NCBI RefSeq assembly: GCF_964355755.1 | Contig: NC_092670.1 | Coordinates: forward strand, 38,862,388 to 38,926,387 | Source: Antedon mediterranea | Lineage: Eukaryota; Animalia; Echinodermata | Reading direction: 5' to 3' | Length of the DNA: 64,000 nucleotides | In this document: positions 52,127-64,000 of the stretch, one piece after another | Layout: every line of letters begins with the position of its first letter | Position numbering within the stretch: the first letter of the stretch is position 1 | Notes under the pieces: generated by a model | The model's input: the letters and a program-made list of their open reading frames with translations, nothing else | Databases searched by the model: none | What the model was told of the DNA's origin: nothing | Made by a program: the position numbers and the translations under genes

Positions 52127-54328
52127 GTAAGTATTTCTTTTAAATTCACCGCAAATTTGTTTGTGAATCACTACTTAATACTTAATAATGTTTCCACTGT
52201 AGTCTATTTTGTAAATAATCTATATTTAATGAAAAATAAAGTTTGTTTATGTGGGAAACACGAATCTTCGGGGAAATACCTCACCGGAGCAGACGTCCAT
52301 GTTTAGGGGTTCCCTCATTACGTATTCACGTTTCAGTCGTCTCATTTCCTGTTTTTTTCACAAGTAAGTCATTCCTTTAATTACTTAATACATGTACAGT
52401 TTTCAAGATTATATATCATTTGACAAACTAGTTGGCTGTTATGTGTATTTTTTGTTTTTATTGTGCGTATGAAGGGGAAATTCTACATACACATTTTCCC
52501 AAGCTGCCTGCGGAATTTGGGGAAGCCTTGGGCTATTCCATTTTTGCAAAATCAGAGGGGCGTTTTCCAAGTGTCAAAAACGTTTAATTCTCAAATTTCT
52601 TTAAAAAGAAATTGTGTACAAAAATTGTTGGAATAAATTATACTTAATATGTTTTAATAAATCAACTCAAAATGCCATTAGTAAGGGCCTAACTCTAGGC
52701 ATACATAAGCTTATTTAATGATTATAATAATTATATTGTGGAATATTATTATTATTAACATTATCATTTTGACTATAGTCTAATAATATCATTTGAAAAA
52801 TGAACATTTTTAATTTATTATAAAATGTAGCAGATTTAATTCACTGTTATTTTTCGATTGAAACTTAAAATAGATGTGATGATGTGAGCTGTGAATATTA
52901 TTAGTTTTAATCTGTACTCTACAAAATCATTTTTCTGTCTGTATGTGTTCCAAATGTATGATAGGTGTACATACAATACATTCATATTTATACTTCCATG
53001 ATTTATGTAACTTTAAATGGCAAACTCTAATAATTAATATTATTCATATTTCATTTGCCTATTTAAACACCCCCACAGTAGAAAATAGATGAGACTCTTA
53101 TCTGCCCCAAAACAAGATAAATCTAAACCAAGTTAAAATGAAATCCAAACCTAAATATATGAAAAATCCAAGTTGTATTGGCCTATTTTAATTTTTTTTT
53201 CATAATTAAAATTTGTTTAAAATTAATTACAAATTCACATTAATTTACTCGTTGAAACACCCCCACACAGAAAATAGATTGAATTCTTGTATCTACCCCA
53301 AACCAAGTATGTGGTAAATTTAAAATAAAGTAAATGCATCGGTTATGTACATTATTTAAAGTAATTGTTTGATTATTTAGATTTTTAAAAATAATAAATC
53401 ACATAATTTACCGGTTGAGAAACACCCCCACATAGAAAGTAGATGATACCGTATCTACCTCCAATAATCTATAATGCAAAACAGTTTCTATACAATAAAT
53501 TGAACATAATGAATAGTAGTTGTTGTGAATTTGTTTAATTAAAGCAACAACTACGTTACTCAGTGCTTTTAGAATTCTAGGCGTATACAATTTATGGAGG
53601 ATATTGAATGAAACTGGTAGTAATTGTGTTTGTACTGACAGGATGACCTCACTCATTGTGCAAATAAGCGCCATGCTATAATCTAATGACAACAGTTCTA
53701 TACTATTATAGCAACTTAGTAGTAGTCAAAAGTGAAGACTTTTTATTTATTTTATGTTATATACTGTTTATGTTAATTTAATGTATTATTAGTACAGTAG
53801 TATTATTGTCATTAAAAAAAACAACTTATGTTTTAGTAATTAGTCAATTAAAAAAAAAGTGTAGAGTTTTATTTATGAATGTTATAATACTGTGTATGTT
53901 AATTTAATGTCAACACAGTACTATTATTAATACAGTAGTATTATTGTCATTAAAACAACTTATGTTATGTTTTGTCAATGTTTATGTTACAATACTGTTC
54001 ATATTTTTATAATGTCAACATACGTAACGGTATCAATTAATATTAACCAGATAACAGTTTCAATTTTTTGTGGGAGTACACCCACCTTTATTTTTCGGGT
54101 TTTATATTTAGATTTCCAATCTGGCCTTTTAGCAAAAAGTATACATACACACACAATTATAAGATTCAAATATATGTGCATTCTTTTGAATATTATAAAA
54201 ATCAAATGGAATTTTCTATAGTGTTTTTAGTATTATTGTAATGTTATGTAATTTTTAAAAATGTTTTTGTTAATAATATTGTGCCAACACTGGATCAGTA
54301 ATAATTACTGTATACCCAAGTACACTAA

Positions 54329-54505
54329 AGCTCTATATTCATTATCAAATTTATGCAACAAAAAATATGGTGTGCCCATATATGGACATAATGATGTCAT
54401 ATCACTACCATATTTAATCATAGCACTACCATATTTGGTCATATCACTACCATATTTGGGTACATCATACTTTTGTCAAACTAGTTTGATAGTGTAGACA
54501 GAGCT
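54329..54505. mobile_element. MITE family A, copy 14
   Basis: TIRs and three internal units. Confidence 0.8.
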
Positions 54506-55375
54506 TTATTCTTGTCAATTAAAGCAATTTCAGTTGTCTATGTTATTGTTATGTTAGTGTTACTGTTTTTTTGTAAAAAGATGGCTGCAGAAACAGTATG
54601 TGTAACATGTTTGTGCATTTCTTATGAGCATTGAACGCCACATCAGAAATTTAATTCAGATGATGATTTTTTCCTATTAAATTAAGGAGAATGTGATGCA
54701 CAGTAAAACGTGTATTCTAGATTTAATCATAAATTATAATTCCAAGTCAGGTACTACAAATACTTATATTACTCAGCTGAATCAGAAGATAATGCCTGGC
54801 CTTGTATTAACATCGTCCATTATCATTTTATTTAGCTTCGCAATTTGAATGCTTCTTTGCGTGATACTGCCGTAGTCATTGATTTCGTAATTATACACAT
54901 TTTTATTGTAAAGCGCCTTCTGTTGCAAAAGAAAATCGTCGAGTCAACGTCATTGTTCGATGTGCGTTTGATGAAAACTCTTTAATGAAATTGGAAATAA
55001 ACTTATTCCAATGAATCTACATTATTATAATAATTAGTACACTTTAGTACTATGGTAACGACACACAGTACAATAAATAGTATTGGATAAAGATACTGTA
55101 GAAGCAGTGATGGTAATATTTCAGTGGTTTCAGTAACTGTTGGCAAGGTATAGTCAGTTAGTAGGGGGCGATTGTAAAGTGGTTTCCTTGATAGACTCAT
55201 ACTACTGTACAAAGTAGGTAAATATTGTGATAAACTTTACACTGTAGTATCAATTTGGACTGGTAACCTCACCCACCTCTCAGCACCAACTACTATACAG
55301 TCTACAGTATGATGAGAGATACTGTAGTGCAGACTTTCAAAGATCTATCTACAGGTATACTCTTTCTAGGTTTAA

Positions 55376-55580
55376 AGCTCTGTCTACACTATCAAACTTT
55401 ATGTGACAGTTTTAGACTATGTTTAAAGCTCTGTCCACACTATCAAACTTTACTGTATGTGACAAAAAATGTGATGTGCCCATATATTGAAATGATGATG
55501 TCATATCACTACCATATTTAGGCATATCACTACCATATTTGGACACATCAAACTTTTTTGTCAAACTAGTTTGATAGTAT
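55376..55580. mobile_element. MITE family A, copy 15 (duplicated left end)
   Basis: Left TIR present twice (55376, 55426). Confidence 0.8.
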
Positions 55581-56060
55581 AGTAGTAATTTAAGACGACT
55601 GACAATTTAATTTTCAAGCCTTATTTTTATTCAGGTGAATATCTAGCTAGGTTCTCACCCACGCCATATGGTTTTACTATCCATACTGTAGTAGTATACT
55701 GATTGTATTTATTTCATCATTTCAAATGTATTATTAATTATATAATAAAATCTACATATCTCCGGCTGTTGTTCTTTAACCTCACTAGCCAACACAGCAT
55801 GCAAAGTGTCTTTTACTTTATAATTATTTCTCTTGTTAAAAAAAAAAAAATGGTTATTGTATTTTATTGACATATATTGTAAAATAAACATTTTTAATGT
55901 GCTTGCATGTTGTTTTTTTCAATTAAATAGAGCTACCAATCTTTTAAAGTTACATGAGGAGTGTAGATAAACAGATTTATATTCTGAGTTTATTATATTT
56001 AAAAACGTACATTGTTTTAGTACTGTTTTATAGTACTAATGCTTTGAAAAAGTCAATATA

Positions 56061-56369
56061 AACTAGACATGAAACTCGTCACTTTGACGAGTTAGTTATC
56101 CGCACCACGACAAACGCCACGTGCACGTCATACGTTGGAATATTGCACACAGATAAAGATTATGGCATTATGACAAGAACTGAAGAATATGATATGCTGT
56201 TAGTGCTGAATTCTGTAAATTTTGTGTCATATTAGTACTGTATATACATGCAAACAGTATAATCTGTATACATACCAAAAGGAAGGATGGAAAGAAGCAT
56301 AATACAGAAAAAAAATATGGATCTCATACAATAACAAGGAGTTATCCGCTCTACCAAGCGGATAACTAA
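56061..56369 (-). mobile_element. Helentron-associated non-autonomous element (HINE/DINE-1-like)
   Basis: Minus strand: TT-AGTTATCCGC..GCGGATAACT hairpin at the 5' end, a second GCGGATAACT near the 3' end, stem-loop CTCGTCA-aag-TGACGAG, then CTAG-TT. Confidence 0.7.
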
Positions 56370-57023
56370 TTATCAAACTCATATTTTTAAAATTTTTAAA
56401 TGAACATACTGAAGTAATGAACATTGTATATTAAAATTTTGTACACTGATGGTTCTGAATTACATTGAATGAAAGAATTCGAAAAAAGAATAATATTTTG
56501 ATCAACATTAGTGTTATTGCACACTAAACATTAGAACAGACAGAGAAAAAAGAATTAAAAATTCAATTGGAGACAGTTCTATTCTAGCTAACAAAACAGA
56601 GAACGTCATTAAACGTAAACGAACGTATGCTGCCATAGCAAGCATTCAAGCGTGTCTACTTAAGCCGCAATTAAGTGAGTACACATAAAGCTGAATTATC
56701 AAACTCATATTTTTAAAATTTTTAAATGAACATACTGAAGTAATGAACATTGTATATTAAAATTTTGTACACTGATGGTTCTGAATTACATTGAATGAAA
56801 GAATTCGAAAAAAGAATAATATTTTGATCAACATTAGTGTTATTGCACACTAAACATTAGAACAGACAGAGAAAAAAGAATTAAAAATTCAATTGGAGAC
56901 AGTTCTATTCTAGCTAACAAAACAGAGAACGTCATTAAACGTAAACGAACGTATGCTGCCATAGCAAGCATTCAAGCGTGTCTACTTAAGCCGCAATTAA
57001 GTGAGTACACATAAAGCTGAATT
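56368..57023. repeat. 326-bp direct tandem duplication
   Basis: 56368-56693 repeats at 56694-57019 with no difference seen by eye. Confidence 0.92.
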
Positions 57024-58339
57024 GGTATTGCACAATGCATTGCTTCAATCGTTTCATGTAGTTTCCTCTCTCTCTCATACGAAGTTGTGTGTGTCTACGA
57101 GAGGATTTCAATCGGAAATAATGAACTTCCGAGGCAATCCCTAAGCCTGATTCAGGTGACTAATAGAAAAGTAAGGCATAATATGCTAAGCTTAGCTATT
57201 AAGTATTACTACAATGCTGCTGCCAGTGTTTTGTTACTGTAGTATTAGGCCTATACACCATTCTAATAGGCCTACCGTATAGTGCTTTTTAACGATTTTC
57301 ATCGGGTTTTTCCAGTTATGTATTCTTTAAAAATCTAGTCTAGTTAAATAATCAATATTTTTAGTGTTTTGTATACAAAAATAAGACAATTTACGGTAAT
57401 TCTTTTAGTTTTCCCAGGACAAGTTTAAACTTCTCGTCATTTCGACATTACGCTTTACACGATTCGTTTCTATATTTTTCTGTTTTGGGCAGGATGGTTT
57501 AAACTTACCATAGACTTAAATTTACATGGACAATACAGGGTTTACACACAATTTGAGAAATACTTCTCAATATTTTTACATTTTTTATGAAAGCTGTCCT
57601 CAAATTCATGGCAGGCATCTACATACATTTGGATTATTTCCATATTATATTCAATGTTATTATCACGTCTATTACTTACCCAATTGGCAAGTTAAGACGA
57701 GTGCATTTCGCATGATATCCTAATACATGCTATTTATATCCCAAGTTTGTTCATGAAATTTCAAGACCTAATTAGTAAACAGTATCCTAGGCAGCATTTA
57801 AAAAATGTAACCCTTCTTGTCATTTGTCAATATTTTTTTTGTTAATAGGAACTTGGTATTAAATCTGGTCAAGCACATCACAAGATGACAGTTTTATACT
57901 TTTGCTTTTCCGCTACTCCCCTGTTATACTTATATGTTTGTTTTTTTTTTGCTATGTAGAAAGATTGAAAATAAATAATAAATAAATAAATCATGAACTC
58001 TCTGTATCTTTTCACTCATCCTTAATTTAATTTAAAAAAGGGAAATATTTCAACAAATAGAATCATCACATCTTGTGTACAGTGGTAGCTACACTGTAGA
58101 CTATCTCTAAATATAGGCTATAGCCAGTATCTTGTTTTGACCCCAGTGAGCTAGAATACTGTAGGCCTACACATGGAGAGGTATAACTCCATGGCCTACA
58201 TTAGTTTCCAACTCAAGGATCATGGGTTTGGAGGGAAGAGGACAGTCTAGGCTAGTGAAATCTACTACAGTAGTACTACTATAGATGCATACAAGGAGTT
58301 ATACTGTAGTAACCCCTTGTATACTACTTACGGTACTAC

Positions 58340-58545
58340 AGACCAGTGGTCTAGTCAAGGGAAAGTTACGTCAAAGCACATCTAGCTCATGTGCACTTTA
58401 AAGACCCTAGTACATCTTTTGAGACAATTAGTGGGTTACACTGGTGTATTAGGACACACACAGCCACTGATCATAACTGGGCCCTCTGGGAGACTAGTCT
58501 TTGACTAAATAGTTTACCCGGTATAAAGAAATAACAAATTCAAAA
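58340..58545 (+). mobile_element. Deu/Nin-domain-type SINE fragment
   Basis: catctagctcatgtgcactttaaagaccctagtacatcttt.gaga is the reverse complement of 8370-8415. Confidence 0.7.
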
Positions 58546-58844
58546 TCTCTAATGCGTTCCAGCTCTAAAGAATCGCAGGAGACATTTATAAACGCCCATT
58601 TTTATAACAGATTTGTCATCGTCTGTCCTTGTTATGAACCATTGTGCGTTTACAAATCCGACCCATACTATTTGTGGTTTCCTTTATTTTATAATACTAC
58701 ATTGTGTTTATAAAAAACCTATATAAAGAGGGATTAAATACCAATGGGTGTTGTTAGGATAGAAAGGTGACATTTAGCCCAAATAGAGTGTATAGTAGTC
58801 TAGTACCAGTTTATGATTTCACCAAACACTTGTTTTGATAATAA

Positions 58845-59157
58845 TCTCCACAAAAATAAAGATTTATAAAATCAGACTTTTAATAGTCCATTTTGCAGTT
58901 CTAATGTTATTCACTTCCATAAAAAAAATGATTTAAAGTAAAAAGAAACGGTTAATTTTAACCAAAAACCATTGTCTGACATTGACAGAAAATTTAAGTA
59001 TTTTTAGCTTTAATTTAAATCACTTTTTTTTTTCAGGTAAAAATTTTTTTCCGATGCAGTTTTTTATCAAAGTGAATAACTATTATTACGTGACATTAAA
59101 ATGGCATATCCAACAAAATATTTGAAAACAACAATTTTTTAGGGGGACAATATATCT
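58845..59157. mobile_element. Kolobok-like MITE family B
   Basis: Ends GGGGGACAATATATCT-TTAA; interior matches 6037-6346. Confidence 0.75.
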
Positions 59158-59413
59158 TTAATTTTGCTAGTGTCTTTAATAACAGCTACCTACCAAATAT
59201 AGAACTTTAACCTATAGAATATTAGTATTACATTGAGTGAATTTTGGGGAATTCCCTCTTGGACTCCCAGAGAATTTGTAATTCCAATTATCTGGCCTCT
59301 CTTCTTGTTTGGCTTCGGTTCAATTCAATTCACCATGAAATTAAATAAGAATATGTCAAAAAAACTTCAGATAAATTTTAATAATTAAAAAAATGGTTTT
59401 TAAAAATGTTTAA

Positions 59414-59730
59414 AGATATATTGTCCCCCTAAAAAACTTTAAAAAAAAAAATATATTTTTTAATATGCCATTTTAATTTCACATTATAGCCATTCACTTT
59501 GACCAAAAATTGGATCGAAAATAAATTATTTACCTGAAAAAATGTAATTTAAAGGAAAAAATACTTAAATTGTCAGTCAGAAAAGGTTTATGGATAAAAT
59601 TAAACGTTTCTTTTGTCTTTTTAATAAGCAAAATAATTTGTGAAAGTGAATAACTTTATTAAAACTGCAAAATGATCTATTTAACTTTCATTAATCTTCA
59701 TTGTTCATGTTTTTGGGAATAATACATATT
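59414..59730. mobile_element. Kolobok-like MITE family B (inverted relative to the previous copy)
   Basis: TTAA-AGATATATTGTCCCC...GGGAATAATACATA-TTAA. Confidence 0.75.
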
Positions 59731-62700
59731 AATGCAGGTGTTTTAAAAGTTGATCAATACAATTATTAATAAGCTATGTCCACTGTTTGCCTTAGGTTGG
59801 GTTGACCCAGAAAGCCCTTCTTTTTCTGCTACAGTATATAAATAAAACTCTAGATTTTGAGAGTTCTGGTTTTCTTTTCTGTTTTTCTTATTTAATTAAT
59901 TATAATTTATAGTTCTTTATGATCCAATTTGGAGTTAGATCTGTATTATTGCATTACCAAGACTATCTTTACTTTCAGTTAAGTTGTAATATTTTATGGA
60001 TATTAATGCACTGTACTGTAAGTGTTTACAAAAGCCATCCTGATTAATTTAGACTAGCAATAGTGAACTGGGAGGCACAACATTATCATAGTTATTTATA
60101 TGTGGTCAGAATATCTATAGTAGTGCACTTTTAACTCTGTACATAAATACTGTAGAGTATGCATAATTACATACTGCTGTTTCTTGGAAAACATCATAGC
60201 TTTTATGATAAGGATTTTCAGCATTAATATAAACATACAATTTTTCCCTAATTAATTGATAATATATCCAGTAATAAAAATCAATATTTTTAAATGAAAA
60301 AAATTTAATGTTAATTTAATAAAATAGAACTACAGTAAGATAGATAACAATAATTTAAAAAGATTTAACTCAAAAAAAAGAAAAAAGCAGGAACTTATTT
60401 ATTATTAGTTCAATGTAATATTAATAATAGTAAAAGTAATTGGTGTTGTAAGTAATTAGCTTTTTTGGTGGAATGTTTAATATTTTAAGTTCTTGGCAAT
60501 AAAAAAAATTACTTTACACAACGGTATTAACATTACATAAGACTTAAGCACCGACATATATAATTGTAAGTTCACTATTGTAGTATTATCTTTATTGAAT
60601 TAATTTAAAGCCAGTCTTTAATAAATCTAATCTGCAGATTTTATTTAGTAATCATTGTCAAGAAAAGTTTAGCTTTATGAATGGGATTACCCAATTCATT
60701 GAAGGGTGAAACGCTATTTTACCTCTTTTATAAATGGAATTACCTAATTTATTAGCGTGTGAAACTGTTTAAAAAGTTGTTCTAGTATACTATACCCGTT
60801 TTATGAATGGAATTGCCCGATTTATTAGAGGTGAACACTAGAGTTATGCTGTACCTGTGTCATCACATGCCATATTGCACTTCTTTGATGACATGCATGT
60901 CATATTTTGTATTCTGTTGAGCTGTACAATACAATTCTGTATACTATTGTTAGTACTGCCACATCATACGACTGAATAGGTACATTTATTTTTTATGCTA
61001 CACTATTGACACCCTGATTGTATTACTCTCTTTTGTACCTACTGTATGTTGCTATCAAGTTCCAGGTTTTCAAGTTAGTGTTTTTTCAGATTGCCTATTT
61101 TTCAGTACTACTGTATACTGTAGTTTATTTAAGTGTTTGTGTTGTCATATTTTTCGTTCAATTTAATAATAAATTAACAGATTTCTTTCTTAAAAAGCAA
61201 TTTCAATGAGATTTGTTTACAATAAACTTACTTTACTTTATGTTTATTTGGATTTGTGGTTTTAAAATCATTATTGAAACTAATTGAATATTCAAATACA
61301 ATTATTCTAACTATTCAAACTAAAGTAAATAACATTATAAGTAGTTTTATTCTATTCAAACTTAAGTACAATATCGTCATCATAAGTGGTAATTGATTTA
61401 AGTTATTAAGATGAGAAAAAAACTGTTGTCAAAGCTGAAGTATTTGTCTGCAATATGTTTTTACTTTTATATTTTTATTGACATTGTATAGTAAGAAGGA
61501 ATTTTCTTTTTTCTTTCGGAGGAGAATAAAGTTGTTTGAATTTTGAATTAGTTAGTTACAGTTAAAGTTTATGTATTAAGCATGGACAAATTTTATTTTA
61601 AAATTATGTTTTGCAATATTGCTTATCAAAAACTGATTTTTTAGTCGAGAAACATTTTATATTTTATTTTTGCTACACAATTTTAGAAATGTGTAGCAAT
61701 AAGGTTATTTTGAATATCTTTTTACTATGCTGTACTGGTGAAATTATTCCCTGATGTTACAGTAAATATCACTAAATATTTGTTTAGATAAAAAAATAGG
61801 CTCTGCAGATGTAAAAGTTGATGAAAGTACCGCATCTGAACACGTTGATTTGTTTAATTGTTTAGAATGGTTCATCTCGTTAGATAGTAAGTTTTAACAT
61901 TAACAATGTATAAAAGAAGTAAAGTACATTTTTACCAGATGTAAAAATTTATAAAATTTCCATACAGTACTTATATTTTTAAGTCTGTCAATTTATAGTT
62001 GATTAGTCATGGTGCTAGCTAGTTGAGATCTAGAAAAATAGTTGTTCAAAAGGGGACTTAAAAGCAAGATGCTAAATACTGTACATAAAAGGTAAGAGGA
62101 AGGTCAACCAAATCTAGGAAGGTCAAACCAGTCAAGGATTTCTGGTTCCATGGAGAGGCATTTAGAACATCAGGACTCCGGAAGGATATGTGCTCAGGAT
62201 ATGCTTGACTCTTGTGGTGGATCATTCCTTATGGAGATTAAAGAACGTTGTATGACGATGATAGGACGATCAAAACTCCTGTTATGGGTTTTCCTGTTGC
62301 GAATTTTCCTAGTAGGAAGATATCATTAGGAAGTGCTTTATTGATAACATTAAACACTAACATTAAAGTTCACAGTAACAATACATTAGCACATGATTGC
62401 ATGGAAGTACAGTTAGATTACCTCAATGGTGATTCTTTTCCAAGTACTTTAACTTTATGAACTTAGAAAAAGTATAGTTTTGAAGAATCTTTAAGTATGT
62501 TTGGTTTACTGTATAGTGGTAAATAATTTGGAAGTTTTAGTAATACAATATTTGATCTCGAAATGTCATTCCAATTCATTTACAATAGTTATAGTAGTCA
62601 TTCATTTGTTTAAATTTCAGTTGATTTCTTTGTATTGTTGAGATGGTAACCCTGTAATTTCACCCTAATTTGCATATTTAAGTTAATTTGCATATTTAAG

Positions 62701-63439
62701 TTAATTTTCTTTACCATATCGGGATGAGTAACAGAGGTGTGATGTTGTAATTCTCAAGTTTTGATCTCCTCATCATATGTGACCACTTAAAAAAGAAAAA
62801 TCTCTGTTTGCCTAGCTCAGTATCAGCAATTTTTTTTATAGCATTTTGTTCTTTTTTTTATCAGCAATTTTTGTTTGTTTCATTCAGGTATTCCCTAAAA
62901 TGTTCAAAAAACTTTTCATTCAAATACAAATGGACTTTTGCTTTCTTTTTTTCTTTTTTTCTTGAACATTGCCTCGGATGATACTCCACATGATTGTTTA
63001 TTTTCTTATCTTGCTTTTGGATACCAAAGAAGAAAATAAATATACACCATACAAACCACACAACCACAACATTACAGTACATAATTAGGTCACCCATGCA
63101 GAGAATGGTAGAGTCCTCTTATGGGCTGACTTTATAAAGCAGATTGTGGTTTAGTGGAAACTATAAACAGTTGTATACACCAATCACATTGTTTGTCATA
63201 AATCACAATTCACCAGGGATACTACAATCAGGATCAAGGTAGTACTAGTACCTCCTACGTTCTGATCAATATGTGTTTTCCTTGTGTAGTTAACAGTACT
63301 ATTAAAACACACAGGTAAGTGTTGTAGTTGTGGTTGGTATAAAATACTGTATAAACTGTATTAGTAACATTACAATTACTATATTGAAGCCTAGCCTGCA
63401 ATACCACCCCAAGACTTATTTACATTAACAGTAAAATAG

Positions 63440-64000
63440 ATAATTCCTGACAGTATAACCTTACCGCCAGAATAAAATACTACCGTACCACAAAGGTAAC
63501 CGCCGTACTACCATACCATATTATTGCTAGGATAATTAGTGCCATACCGATAGGATACTACTGCTACTGTACTGCTAGGATAAAAAATACTGCCGTACCA
63601 CTCAATAGCTACTATTACTAGTACCGTACCACACCACTAGAATGACTACTAACCGCGTACCGCCTCGCTAGGAAAACAGTACTACTGTATCACTAGTACC
63701 GTACCACTAGTAGTAGTAAGTAATATACCGCTAGTACTGTACCGTACCATTAGTACTGTACCACTATTACCGTACCTTACTACTAGGGCCGTATCACTTA
63801 GACTAGTACCCTACCACTAGGACCGCACCACTAGGACCGCACCACTAGTACCGTACCACTAGTACCATACCACTAGTACCGTACCACCAGTATCGTACCA
63901 CTAGTACTGTACCACTAGAATAACTACTAGTACCGTACCATCAGTACCGTACCACTAGGATAACTACTAGTACCGTACCATCAGTACCGTACCACTACTA
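63440..64000. repeat. Minisatellite based on TAGTACCGTACCAC (14 bp), running off the window end
   Basis: Degenerate at the left, more regular from 63800. Confidence 0.9.

Noticed and set aside
62050-63320. Donor-like sites at ~62092 and ~63315 and ORF 62248-62460 as further exons of the zinc-finger gene
   Set aside because: No matching acceptor, phase or homology could be established; an alternative non-coding first exon ending near 63314 remains possible but unsupported.

Overview
AT-rich, intron-rich animal genomic DNA. It is probably from a marine invertebrate deuterostome such as an echinoderm; this is inferred from gene structure and SINE content. Three protein-coding genes are supported. 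(1) An odd-skipped-related (Osr) five-C2H2-finger transcription factor on +, with exons 26684-27302 and 36549-36822, an unplaced first coding exon and a large non-coding flank. (2) A complete six-exon AIG1/ADTRP (FAR-17a) membrane lipid hydrolase on -, 50314->44916, 234 aa. (3) Head-to-head with it, a 40-nt first coding exon MPRQKQSNPKALK on + (52087-52126) carrying a NuRD-type N-terminal motif, most likely HIVEP/Schnurri given its neighbour. The rest is dense in small non-autonomous elements: about 15 Harbinger-like MITEs, Kolobok-like, hAT-like and pogo-like MITEs, a Helentron-type element, Deu/Nin-type SINEs, an L2 remnant and tandem repeats. The most unusual signals are three minimal hammerhead ribozymes of Penelope-like type (plus one broken copy). 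One sits back-to-back with a structurally near-perfect tRNA gene bearing the rare ATC anticodon, inside one ~440-bp unit. All calls were made by eye; no searches were run.
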